A DNA stretch of 64,000 nucleotides from a virus. Made by a program: the position numbers and the translations under genes. The stretch's first letter is position 1. The number at the start of each line of letters is the position of its first letter. Of the stretch, positions 17,667-27,410 are shown in pieces. The stretch lies in the IMG/VR virus record IMGVR_UViG_3300032893_000013, positions 44,070 to 108,069 of that record; one strand, given 5' to 3'. Under the pieces are notes generated by a model. The model saw only the letters and a list, made by a program, of their open reading frames with translations. It was not told the DNA's origin and searched no databases.

Positions 17667-19493
17667 ATGTACAGAGAACTTGTCAAAGCAAAGACAGCCG
17701 CAAAGAAAATTACCTACGGTGGAGGCGGCGGCGGAAACTCCGACGATCTCAAAACTGTAGTTTTAGACACTGTAAGGAAAGCCAGCCAGTTGGTGGGCAG
17801 TACCCTTGGACCTAATGGGCGCGTGGTTTTAATCGAAAGGCAAGAGAGCCTTCCCCCTTTTACAACGAAGGATGGGATCACCGTTTTCAATTCCATGGCG
17901 TTTGCTAACCCAACTGCGCAGGCTGTTTTAGAAGCTGCGCGGGATAGTAGTAGCAAAACGAACGTAGAGGCGGGAGATGGGACCACTACGGCTACTATCC
18001 TTGCGGAAGCTCTTATCCGCTTAGGTTTTGAATACCTTGAAAAAAATCCAAAGTTGAGCGTTCAGAAGGTCATGCGCGAAATGGAAAGAACTTTCCGCGA
18101 CCTTGTGGTTCCCGCGATCAAAAGTTTGTCAGTAAAGATTACAGAGCAAAACAGCGACGATCTACTTCGTAAAGTGGCTATGGTAGCGACGAATAACGAT
18201 GAGGAGATGTCAGATGCAGTCATTAGAGCTTTTGGAACTGTTGGGCACGGTGGAAACATTACCATCGACGAAGGCCCAGGAGCATCGGGATACCAAGTCG
18301 AAAAGATTGAAGGTCTTCCTATCGCCCGTGGATTTGAAGATTCGTGCGGTCGCTTTTTTGAAGAGTTCATCAATGACAAAGCCAATTATCGTGTCATTCT
18401 CGAAAAACCGCATTTCATTCTCTACAACGGAAAGCTCAACGAACCTTCTGCCTTGATTCCGATTCTTCAGAAAGTGGCGACTGCGACCGGCTTGACCGGC
18501 GAAGAGATCCGCGCCTCAAAATTTTCCCCGAATATCATCGTTGTGGCGCACCATTTCTCAGAAGCCGTACTCGCGTTCATGATGAATAACTTCAAGAATG
18601 CCGAGGCTTTGAATCTTTTTCCTCTTAAGACTCCGCTTACACAACAAACGAACAGTCCATTTCATTTTTTACACGATCTATCGGCGTTTACCGGCGCGAT
18701 TGTTTTCGATCCGGTGAGCAGACCGCTCGAAAGTGCAGAACTTGAGGATCTAGGTGTAGATGAGATGCGTCTGTTCGAGTCTTATCGCTACAAATCCCTC
18801 CTTTTAGGAGAACCGCCAGAACCTATCCTGATTGCCCGAGTCGAAGAACTTGAGCAACAGGCTAAACAGCCGGAAAGTGAGCTTGATGGCGAAATTATTC
18901 GTGAGCGCATGTCCCTTTTGACGGGAGGCGTTGCCCGAGTGCGCGTTCTTGGCTCATCTGAGTCCGAACTGAAGGAAAAGAAACACCGCGTTGAAGATGC
19001 GGTCATGGCAATCAAAGGCGCGCTCAAAGAAGGAGTGTTGCCCGGATGTTGCAAAACTCTTCTCGTCCTTTCGTCAGCCATCGCTCAAAATCCGACAACA
19101 TCCGACGCCGTGAAACAAATCATGGCTCGCGCCTTGGCCGAACCGTTCAGTAGAATTTTCACAAATGGTGGAGCTACTACCGATGAAATCCAAGCGATCT
19201 ATGCAAAAATGATGGATGTAAAAAATCCTTTCTTTTACACATACGACGCTTTGAGCGGAAAAACCGGCGATGCCATCGAGTTGGGAATCGTTGACTCTGC
19301 ATCCGCCGTCCTGATGGCAATTAAAAACAGCCTGGCGGTCGCTAAGATGCTTATGGGACTGTCTGGCATTGTTGTGTTCCAACGCGATCTCGAAACGGAA
19401 ATTGACGCCTCTAGGACGTTCAAAGCGGAAAATCAGGCAATGGCCGAAGCGATCCGCGACTCTAACCAAGAACATTGGGAACCGCCAATTTGA
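17667..19493 (+). CDS. groEL: Phage chaperonin GroEL (Cpn60)
   Basis: TLGPNG, TKDGITV, AGDGTTTAT, GGVA and RVEDA motifs; no GGM tail. Confidence 0.93.
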   Translation: MYRELVKAKTAAKKITYGGGGGGNSDDLKTVVLDTVRKASQLVGSTLGPNGRVVLIERQESLPPFTTKDGITVFNSMAFANPTAQAVLEAARDSSSKTNVEAGDGTTTATILAEALIRLGFEYLEKNPKLSVQKVMREMERTFRDLVVPAIKSLSVKITEQNSDDLLRKVAMVATNNDEEMSDAVIRAFGTVGHGGNITIDEGPGASGYQVEKIEGLPIARGFEDSCGRFFEEFINDKANYRVILEKPHFILYNGKLNEPSALIPILQKVATATGLTGEEIRASKFSPNIIVVAHHFSEAVLAFMMNNFKNAEALNLFPLKTPLTQQTNSPFHFLHDLSAFTGAIVFDPVSRPLESAELEDLGVDEMRLFESYRYKSLLLGEPPEPILIARVEELEQQAKQPESELDGEIIRERMSLLTGGVARVRVLGSSESELKEKKHRVEDAVMAIKGALKEGVLPGCCKTLLVLSSAIAQNPTTSDAVKQIMARALAEPFSRIFTNGGATTDEIQAIYAKMMDVKNPFFYTYDALSGKTGDAIELGIVDSASAVLMAIKNSLAVAKMLMGLSGIVVFQRDLETEIDASRTFKAENQAMAEAIRDSNQEHWEPPI

Positions 19494-19501
19494 GGTAGAC
19501 C

Positions 19502-21907
19502 ATGATTGTGCTGTATAAATGTAATCTTTGCTCAAATTCGATCAAGAAATATTACTCGCAGGGGCAGAAACAAGCTCCGTTCATTCAGTGCGAGTGCAAA
19601 GGTGTCATGGAAAAACAATTACCCGAATTCAGCACGTCTAGCTTTGAAACCGTAGACAATGGTAACATGGTGAAGAAAGTGGAACTTCGTAAGGGCGCGG
19701 TCGAAAAGGCACGCGCAAAGGGCGATGACTTCATCCAAAAAATGGAAGATCGCAATAGGGTAATAAGAATGAGACTTGATCTTGCGTCACTAAACATCAG
19801 CGCGCTCAAGAATTTCGCCGCCAATCAGCATGTGGACTTACCTTCCTATGGCGTAACCGCAATTGTTGGGAAGAATGAAGATGATGGCGGAAGCAACGGA
19901 ACCGGCAAATCATCCTTCTCGATTGCCGCACTCGTCAATCTTTTTGGACCAAAATACGTCGGGGCCTCGATTAAGGATCTTGAAAACCGCTACCTGAAAG
20001 ATTCAGCCAGAGTCGTTGGCCGATACTATCTTGACGGTAAAGAGCTTCTGGTTGACAGAACGCTTGGCGGACGCCTGTGGTTCATGTTCGATGGTAAGCC
20101 GAACCGTGATGGCAAAGCCGAAGAAGTTCAAGTTCAGTTGAATCAAATCTTGGGCATCACTCCAGAACAATTGGATTTTTTGAGCAACAAATCTCAAGGG
20201 CAATTCGGCGGATTCCTTCTCATGAAGGACGCGGATAAAAAGGACTTCTTGAGTTCTTTCTTCGATGTGACGGACATCGAAAAAGCCAAAGATAAAGCCG
20301 ATCTCGAACTTTCCGTCAAAACCAAAGAATTGAATGCTGCAACTGGCAAACTTCAATATGTCGAGGGCGAAGTCAAGCGTCTGGCCGATCTCGTCAATTC
20401 CGCAAAAATTGAAGTTGAGCGCGTCAACACAAGCGACTTCCGCAAGACCATTGACGCAATGAAACTTCAGCTTTCTGACCTTGAAGCGAACAAATCTGCC
20501 CTAGAATCTCTCAAGAACAAAAGCGAATCTGAATTTGCAGAATATGCCATGGCCATAGCCGAAGTTAAATCGGCCTATGAGGCTTCCATGCTGAAGCGGG
20601 CCAACATTGAAGCCCAAATCGCCGAGCAAAATGCCAGAATGGAAGAGACGAAGCTCAAGATCGAAGAGCTTAACCTGAAAATTTACAATACGCCATCGAC
20701 GCCAAAAGAATTGCTGGATCAAAAGGCTCAGATAGAAGCCGTCATCGCTGAGTTGAATCGTCGCAAAAATAGCGTCGCTCAACAGCAATACGCTCATTCC
20801 TTGTCCTTGCAGCGCCTTGTGAATTTGCAGACTTCTCTGGAACAGGCCGAGAATGCGAAATGCTCCTACTGTGAATCTCCATTGAGTGACGAAAAGAAGG
20901 CGGCAACTAAGGCTAAAATTCAAGCTGACATAGACGCTACCAGAGCTTCGGACAGTCTGATCCTGGAAAAGATTGCTGCCGAAACTGTCAACGAAGATGA
21001 TGTCAAACAGGCACAGGTCTTCAAAGACACTATCCTTCAAAAAATTGCAGACTTTTCTGCGGCTAACAATCCGGAAACCTTCAAAAGAGAATCAGCATTA
21101 GTGCGCGAGACTCAAAAGGTCATCACGTCTACAATCCTTCAGCTTCGTATGGCTCTTGATATGGAATCTGGAGCCGTAAAGCAAGCTATTCAGAAAGTTC
21201 GTGACGGAATCAACAGCGCGCTAACCAAAATCAATTACGACATCTACAATGCGCAGCTTGGAATTCAGGCAAAAGAAGCTGAAATCGCTGACAAGCTCAA
21301 AGAATTGAGTCGCGCCGAAGCCGAACATAAACGAGTCTGTGAAGAATTCGCTCAAGTTTTTCGCTCGAAGGAAGCTCTTGATGAGGAAGTCACTACTCTA
21401 ACGCACGTCACCAAAGTCACGTCGAAGGCTGGATTCATCGGTTACATTTTTGACAGTATGCTTGAGAATTTCAACTCCGAAATCAATGAAAATCTCAAGA
21501 TGATTCCGAACGCCAGAAAGTTCAGCCTTCAATTCTCATCAGACAGGTTGGTAAAAACTACAGGTGCTGTCAACAAGGCAATCACGTACCAAATCTTCAG
21601 CGGAACGGAGAAAGTAGATTTTGAGACTTTATCTGGCGGTGAAAAACTCAGCGTGATCGCTGCGGTAGATGAATCTCTTGATACGGTCCTGAGTAAACGT
21701 CTTGGCGTATCTATTGGATGGAAATTCTTGGACGAACAATTCTACTGGATTGATGAAAACAGCAAGGAGTCCATCTTGAATTTCTACAAAGCCAAGTCAA
21801 GCAAGAGAGCCTATTTCATCGTAGATCACGCATCTGAATTCAATGCTGCGTTTGACAGTAAAATCACCATCGTTCGCTCAAACAATGTGGCGCGGTTTGC
21901 GTCATGA
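19502..21907 (+). CDS. sbcC: SbcC/Rad50 ATPase with N-terminal zinc-ribbon extension
   Basis: SNGTGKSS, coiled coil, CSYC zinc hook, LSGGE, FLDE and VDH; N-terminal CNLC...CEC. Confidence 0.88.
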   Translation: MIVLYKCNLCSNSIKKYYSQGQKQAPFIQCECKGVMEKQLPEFSTSSFETVDNGNMVKKVELRKGAVEKARAKGDDFIQKMEDRNRVIRMRLDLASLNISALKNFAANQHVDLPSYGVTAIVGKNEDDGGSNGTGKSSFSIAALVNLFGPKYVGASIKDLENRYLKDSARVVGRYYLDGKELLVDRTLGGRLWFMFDGKPNRDGKAEEVQVQLNQILGITPEQLDFLSNKSQGQFGGFLLMKDADKKDFLSSFFDVTDIEKAKDKADLELSVKTKELNAATGKLQYVEGEVKRLADLVNSAKIEVERVNTSDFRKTIDAMKLQLSDLEANKSALESLKNKSESEFAEYAMAIAEVKSAYEASMLKRANIEAQIAEQNARMEETKLKIEELNLKIYNTPSTPKELLDQKAQIEAVIAELNRRKNSVAQQQYAHSLSLQRLVNLQTSLEQAENAKCSYCESPLSDEKKAATKAKIQADIDATRASDSLILEKIAAETVNEDDVKQAQVFKDTILQKIADFSAANNPETFKRESALVRETQKVITSTILQLRMALDMESGAVKQAIQKVRDGINSALTKINYDIYNAQLGIQAKEAEIADKLKELSRAEAEHKRVCEEFAQVFRSKEALDEEVTTLTHVTKVTSKAGFIGYIFDSMLENFNSEINENLKMIPNARKFSLQFSSDRLVKTTGAVNKAITYQIFSGTEKVDFETLSGGEKLSVIAAVDESLDTVLSKRLGVSIGWKFLDEQFYWIDENSKESILNFYKAKSSKRAYFIVDHASEFNAAFDSKITIVRSNNVARFAS

Positions 21908-22281
21908 TAAAGGCCGATCTGGAATCAGCGTTGGCCCTATGGGACGCTCTTGAGGAAGAGGCGGAAATCTACGTCCCAGTCGTTCTCGACAGCACCAGCA
22001 ACGGGAAATTTTTCGTTGAGCGCGGAACACTACCGGCTAATAAAGATCGAATGCTGGTGAGAGTGTTCGTAAACAGAGACGAAGCCGATTCATATAAACT
22101 TTTCAAGAAGGGCAATCGCCTCACTCTTGCCACAACGACGGTAGGACACCTTCTCGCTTCACTCGAAAGAAACTTGACAACTATTGACGGTAAAATAGAA
22201 TGTGTGCTATCTACTTTGGATATGAATGGAAATTTCCACATCCTCGAAACTTTGTGGTCGAACACTAACCGAAACTCATAG
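21904..22281 (+). CDS. Hypothetical protein
   Basis: Coupled ORF. Confidence 0.55.
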   Translation: MIKADLESALALWDALEEEAEIYVPVVLDSTSNGKFFVERGTLPANKDRMLVRVFVNRDEADSYKLFKKGNRLTLATTTVGHLLASLERNLTTIDGKIECVLSTLDMNGNFHILETLWSNTNRNS

Positions 22282-22289
22282 GAGAAAAA

Positions 22290-22577
22290 ATGGACGCACG
22301 CGAACTTGATGAAAAGATTCAGGACTTGAAAGATAAGTTGGACGAAAATTTTGTTAAGGAAGTTAAGGCTTCTAGTCCAGAAGCTCTCAAAGAAAAAATC
22401 GTTCAATTGTCGAAAAGAGTTCAGGAAATTGATGACGAGAAGGCTAAAGACGGCAAACTGAAAACTCTTCGCACCCAAAAGTCTGACCTTGAGGGCGGAT
22501 ACCGGGATCGCAAGAAAGAAGTGGATCGTCAGCGTCAATACGTTATGCTCACTTTGATGGAGCGCGGTAATCTATAA
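22290..22577 (+). CDS. Small coiled-coil protein
   Basis: SD AGGAG. Confidence 0.6.
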   Translation: MDARELDEKIQDLKDKLDENFVKEVKASSPEALKEKIVQLSKRVQEIDDEKAKDGKLKTLRTQKSDLEGGYRDRKKEVDRQRQYVMLTLMERGNL

Positions 22578-22921
22578 TGTCCGAACAGCCCGCAGAAAAG
22601 CCTAAGAAGAAACGTAAGCGCAAGCCGAAACCTTCTGGGCTGAGAAAATATTGGCCACATCTTACGCTCAAACAAGCCGAAGCGGAACGGCAAAAACTGT
22701 CAGATGCTCAAGGAGCCAAATGTGCCATATGCGGGAAGGACGAATCTTCGTTCGTTAACCGATTAGCGGTCGATCATAACCATGCGACCGGGAAAGTACG
22801 CGGACTTCTGTGTTATCGCTGCAACAAGTTCCTGGTTGGAAGAAACACTATTGAGTCGGCCACAAAAATCTTGAATTACTTACAGACCTATGATATACCA
22901 GCCGCTCAGGAGGAAACATGA
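22577..22921 (+). CDS. Recombination endonuclease VII
   Basis: CAIC...VDHNH.TGKVRGLLC..CN. Confidence 0.88.
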   Translation: MSEQPAEKPKKKRKRKPKPSGLRKYWPHLTLKQAEAERQKLSDAQGAKCAICGKDESSFVNRLAVDHNHATGKVRGLLCYRCNKFLVGRNTIESATKILNYLQTYDIPAAQEET

Positions 22922-23430
22922 AAGTTAGAGTACAAAAATTGAATCCCGAAGCTGTGATTCCTAAATACGCCAAGCCTGGCGATGCCGGTCTTGATCTCGT
23001 GGCAGTCTCTGTTGAGGTTGACGCAAATCTTAGGCAGGTGACGTATGGAACTGGTCTTGCGGTAGAAATTCCGCAAGGGTTTGTTGGATTGATCTTCCCG
23101 CGCTCTTCGATCCGCAACAACACTCTGTCTCTCTCAAATGCGGTAGGAGTGATTGATAGCGGCTATCGCGGTGAAATCAAAGCCGTTTTCAACATAGTTG
23201 ACGGCAGAACTACAACGCAGAAAGAAACGCGCCCTTTCTGGGATGATTCTGGATCTTTTGAAGGCTACCGGGACAAGCATTTGAAGGTTCCGATAGAAAA
23301 AATTTATGGCGTCGGCGACAAAATCGCCCAACTTATGATCGTTCCATATCCTCAAATCGAATTGGTTCAGGCCGAGTCTCTTTCTGAGACAGAGCGCGGA
23401 GCCGGTGGATTTGGCAGTACCGGAAGATAG
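22918..23430 (+). CDS. dut: Trimeric dUTPase
   Basis: AGLDL, RSS, GVIDSGYRGE, IAQL and RGAGGFGSTG. Confidence 0.95.
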   Translation: MKVRVQKLNPEAVIPKYAKPGDAGLDLVAVSVEVDANLRQVTYGTGLAVEIPQGFVGLIFPRSSIRNNTLSLSNAVGVIDSGYRGEIKAVFNIVDGRTTTQKETRPFWDDSGSFEGYRDKHLKVPIEKIYGVGDKIAQLMIVPYPQIELVQAESLSETERGAGGFGSTGR

Positions 23431-23431
23431 G

Positions 23432-23460
23432 TTGATTTTCTCAAAAAGATACGGTAAGAT
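23432..23460 (+). promoter_or_regulatory. Sigma70-like promoter
   Basis: TTGATT-N17-TAAGAT. Confidence 0.45.
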
Positions 23461-23486
23461 CGTATCAATTTGAGCTAGGAGTAAGT

Positions 23487-24389
23487 ATGTACGACTTTGA
23501 CGAAGAAGCTGGCGAGTACGATGGTAACGCCGAAGAGGTTCTCGAAAACCTCGAAGATGGACTTCCTGCTGATTTTCAGAATGGGGAAGAGTACGCCGCC
23601 GATGTCATGAACAGCGCCATGCAGCGTATTGAAGAGGCGAATCTGTTCAAGACTCTTGTCAATCAAGACATCTTCGCTCCGAACTCTGCACGTCCGGAAA
23701 TTCTAAACTCTGTCAACGCAAAGATCCGACAATTTGCGATTGAGCAGCTTGAGACTCTTCTCGGCATACGCTCACCCAAGTCACAAAGCGCCGACCTTCC
23801 GTTTGATGATGGAGAAGTCGCCCAACTGAAAATGCTTCTCGGCAACTTCTCTGAAGTAGAAGTTCGCGTTTTGAAAATGCTCATTGGGAAAGTCCTGAAG
23901 ACGGATTCAAACTTCGTCGCTCAAAGTACGCCAGAACGTAAACCGGAACTTCAGCAAATCCAAGCTCCGACTCCGGTCGTGAAGCAAATTGGAACCCCGG
24001 CTCAACCGCTTAAAAAGGCCCAACCCAAAAGACAGCCTGCGCGCCAAACTCAGCCGCATCCAACTCCGGCTCAGCCTGCACCTGGACAAAAGCGCAAACG
24101 TCAAAAGCCAGGAACTGCAACGCCCAATACCACTACCAAAGTGAAGCCAATGCCGAGCGCAGAGCAGCTTATCCCGGTATTGGGAGCAGCTAATCAGGGA
24201 GTCGTTGCCTCACGCGCAACGAAGGGATCTCAAGGCGTTTCTGAAGGTGAAATGAATAGAGGTATAATGTCAGTCGGCGATGTCGTTCAAAGATTGACTG
24301 GTGGAAATATCATTGCTACTGACAATTCAAATCCGGCAGATGCCGCAATGGCAGATGGTGGAGGGGTAGATGTCAACGGTAGATTCTAA
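23487..24389 (+). CDS. Hypothetical protein (acidic N-term, Pro/Gln linker)
   Basis: SD AGGAG; 300 aa. Confidence 0.6.
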   Translation: MYDFDEEAGEYDGNAEEVLENLEDGLPADFQNGEEYAADVMNSAMQRIEEANLFKTLVNQDIFAPNSARPEILNSVNAKIRQFAIEQLETLLGIRSPKSQSADLPFDDGEVAQLKMLLGNFSEVEVRVLKMLIGKVLKTDSNFVAQSTPERKPELQQIQAPTPVVKQIGTPAQPLKKAQPKRQPARQTQPHPTPAQPAPGQKRKRQKPGTATPNTTTKVKPMPSAEQLIPVLGAANQGVVASRATKGSQGVSEGEMNRGIMSVGDVVQRLTGGNIIATDNSNPADAAMADGGGVDVNGRF

Positions 24390-25038
24390 TAAGGAGAAAA
24401 AAGTGGAAACTAATACTCAACAACCGAAAACTCCGGCTCCCGCTCCGGCACCAAAAGCCCCTGCAAAGCCGCAAGAACCTCAAAAAGTGAAAAGCTACAC
24501 CGAACGCTTCGTGGACATGGAAAACATGATTGTTCGCATGAGCTACGCCATCAACTTTCAGGCCAAAACCATCGAAGAGTTGATGAAGCAAATTCAGGTC
24601 ATGAATGAAGAGCTTGATCGCTTGACTCTTGTTCGCAAGAGCGTCAATGCCATCATGAAAATTTCCGAAACCGAAGAAACCAGCACCCATATGTTCTCAC
24701 TGGAAAGAGTTGCTGAAAAAGTTGAGCAGCTTGAACTCCAGGCCGCTAAAGAACAACTTGCTAAAGACCTTCAAGATGGCGTTGTAAAACAAGCCGATAC
24801 CGTCGAAAATGACCTTACGGTTATTGAATTCGAGTCAATTCCCGAAGGCTCCTACGGCCTTATCAGCGTCGGAACCACAGTTCCCGAACTGAAAAAGGAA
24901 TTGATTGGAAAGAAAGTCGGAGATGTTGTGCAAAAGGTGAAGATTACCGGCATCTACGCATACGTCCTCGAAACACCCAAAACCGAAGGTACAGATGGCA
25001 AAACTCAAGAAAACCCCCAAAGTCCAGCAGCGCAGTAA
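24370..25038 (+). CDS. Coiled-coil protein with GreA-C/FKBP-like C-terminus
   Basis: ELIGKKVGD motif after a long coiled coil. Confidence 0.4.
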   Translation: MSTVDSNKEKKVETNTQQPKTPAPAPAPKAPAKPQEPQKVKSYTERFVDMENMIVRMSYAINFQAKTIEELMKQIQVMNEELDRLTLVRKSVNAIMKISETEETSTHMFSLERVAEKVEQLELQAAKEQLAKDLQDGVVKQADTVENDLTVIEFESIPEGSYGLISVGTTVPELKKELIGKKVGDVVQKVKITGIYAYVLETPKTEGTDGKTQENPQSPAAQ

Positions 25039-26647
25039 AGAAGAGGAACGAGAAGAGCGTCGGAAACAACTTGCAGAAACTTACGCAAACCTTGTAGATG
25101 ACGGGATCTTTTTCCCGTCTCGCGCCGATCTCCGAACTCAAGGCGTCACTGTTGATACTGTTCGACACCATTTTGGAACTCTGTCAAAGCTTCGACAAAC
25201 CGCGAAAACTCTGTTTCCAGAGTCTTTCACCGGCAGCATCAATCTTGAAGAATACCTGTCAGAAAAAAATCTGAAAAGAATTCACAAGAGCATTAAGTCT
25301 CACAAGAGATTCGTCATTACGACAGCCGTTGCAGGACAACCCCTTCATGATGGATTTTTGAACTCCATCCGTCGCTATTGCGACATGAACAAAGCCAAGT
25401 TGCTGATCCTTCCGTCGCACGATCCGGCTCACAATCTGGACAATGAGATTGATTGGCACTTCGATCCTCGAATCATTGAGGAAGACATCATCTTTGAAGA
25501 GACTCAGCTAAACTCAAATCTGTTCATCAGCGAGATTCGCGTTACCGCCAAACAGATCAACCCCGTCACCGGACTGTCTGAAATTTCTCAAAATAAAGGC
25601 AGTTTCATCTTCGCTTCTCCCAAACAAAGCCTTGAGTTTGACGCTGTGTCGGCTAACAAGCTCCCGCACGCTCGTATGAGCACCGGGGCCATTACGATGC
25701 CAAACTACAAAACGACACGAGGAAATAGCCTGCGCACGGGCTATTTGGCAACTTTTCAACACGTAATGGGCGCCTTAATCGTTGAAGTGAAGGACGAGAA
25801 CATCTATCATTTCCGTCAAATCCAGATGGGCAAAGACGGCTCATTTTGTGACCTTGGAAAAGAATACTCACCTACTGGTGTCCGGAAAGTGACTCCAAAA
25901 TTGGTCATGGGCGATTACCACGCTGGCGAGCATGACGATACAGCCGTAGGCGCTTGGATTGAGATGATTCGAGCCATGGAAATCGAAGAAGTCATGTTCC
26001 ACGATATGTTCAATGGCGTATCGGTGAACCCCCACGAAGAAGATGACATCATCCTCAAGACTGAGCGTGCGGCCCTTGGATTGAACAGTATCGAAACCGA
26101 AATGAAGATTACCTCATCTGAGTTTGATCGAATCTTAGGTCAGCCCAGCGTGAAGCGGGGAGTGGTCATTAAGTCGAATCACGATGACTTCATTGACCGC
26201 TGGCTCCGCAAAGGAAAATTTGCAAAAGATCCAATCAACTTCAAGTTCGGCTGTAGATTGGCCGTGGAAGTCGTTGGAACGAAAAAAGATTTCTTCAACG
26301 AAGGTCTGAAACTCGTCGGCGTGCCTAAGCATTACGGTAAGTTGAAATGGCTGAGCGTTGATGAAGATTATGTGATTGGCGGCATCAATTGTGGCGCCCA
26401 CGGAGATCGCGGAGCAAACGGTGCTCGTGGCGGTATCAGAGGATTGGCAAAAGCCTATCCGAAATGCGTCGTAGGCCATTCACATACGCCTGGAATCTAT
26501 CGTGGAGTCTTCCAGGTAGGAACGACCAGCAAGTTGCGTCTGGGATACAACAAAGGCCCGTCATCGTGGGTTCATTGTTCGTGTCTTGTGTATGACAATG
26601 GTCAGCGTCAGTTGATTAACTCAATCGGCGGACAGTGGCATCTGTAA
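24995..26647 (+). CDS. HTH plus calcineurin-like metallophosphoesterase
   Basis: RHHFGT HTH; GDYH, HD, SNHD, HGD and GHSH motifs. Confidence 0.75.
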   Translation: MAKLKKTPKVQQRSKEEEREERRKQLAETYANLVDDGIFFPSRADLRTQGVTVDTVRHHFGTLSKLRQTAKTLFPESFTGSINLEEYLSEKNLKRIHKSIKSHKRFVITTAVAGQPLHDGFLNSIRRYCDMNKAKLLILPSHDPAHNLDNEIDWHFDPRIIEEDIIFEETQLNSNLFISEIRVTAKQINPVTGLSEISQNKGSFIFASPKQSLEFDAVSANKLPHARMSTGAITMPNYKTTRGNSLRTGYLATFQHVMGALIVEVKDENIYHFRQIQMGKDGSFCDLGKEYSPTGVRKVTPKLVMGDYHAGEHDDTAVGAWIEMIRAMEIEEVMFHDMFNGVSVNPHEEDDIILKTERAALGLNSIETEMKITSSEFDRILGQPSVKRGVVIKSNHDDFIDRWLRKGKFAKDPINFKFGCRLAVEVVGTKKDFFNEGLKLVGVPKHYGKLKWLSVDEDYVIGGINCGAHGDRGANGARGGIRGLAKAYPKCVVGHSHTPGIYRGVFQVGTTSKLRLGYNKGPSSWVHCSCLVYDNGQRQLINSIGGQWHL

Positions 26648-26654
26648 ATCGTAG

Positions 26655-27005
26655 ATGAAGCGAATAAAAGGCCACGGTTGGGGCCATGCGATGAAAAAAC
26701 ACAATAGGCACCATCAAAGACGCAGCGGTGATGAGTCTGAGGAAAACCTACGGGGAAGACTCAGAGAAGCCGAAAAAGCACTTGAAAGGGAACGGCGCTA
26801 TAGTCGCTCCTTGGAAAAGAGACTCGCCCAAAAGCGAGATGTGAAAGAAAGAACTGAACATGAGCCGAAGCCCGAACCGATACTGGATTGTCCAAACTGC
26901 GGTAAGGGGCGCTTGATTGAGCAAAAAATTTACAGCCCTACGAAGGAAATCATCTGGGCTGTCTGTAACAATGAGGCGTGCAAACACCGTGAAAGAAGAA
27001 AATGA
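26655..27005 (+). CDS. Coiled-coil plus zinc-ribbon protein
   Basis: CPNC...CNNEAC. Confidence 0.6.
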   Translation: MKRIKGHGWGHAMKKHNRHHQRRSGDESEENLRGRLREAEKALERERRYSRSLEKRLAQKRDVKERTEHEPKPEPILDCPNCGKGRLIEQKIYSPTKEIIWAVCNNEACKHRERRK

Positions 27006-27008
27006 CAA

Positions 27009-27410
27009 ATGTCTTGGCTACCAACCGACGTGGAATATCGCATCAAGGTCATCGAGAAAGAGATCGAGAGAGCTTATGCGCAGATCCCCGTCTTTGAACT
27101 TGGCATAAGAGAGGAACAGAAAGACCTGGACCTTCAATGGATTTATCGTCAGACTTTGATAGAAGCGATTGCCTTTCTCAAAGCTCAAGGCCCCACGGCA
27201 GTTTCTCTTTCCGAATACAAGAATATACTGGTAGACTTAGCCATAACCGACCAGACGATCACTCAAAAGCAAACGGCCATCACGAACATAACCAAGGCTT
27301 TAGGTGAGAAAAAACGAGAGATTGAGCACATGAAGAACAGCATAGTAAGACTTACAATGACCAACAGGCGAGGCGTACTGCTCGACTTTAGGAAGAAAAA
27401 TGAGCGTTGA
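27009..27410 (+). CDS. Coiled-coil hypothetical protein
   Basis: ORF in operon. Confidence 0.55.
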   Translation: MSWLPTDVEYRIKVIEKEIERAYAQIPVFELGIREEQKDLDLQWIYRQTLIEAIAFLKAQGPTAVSLSEYKNILVDLAITDQTITQKQTAITNITKALGEKKREIEHMKNSIVRLTMTNRRGVLLDFRKKNER

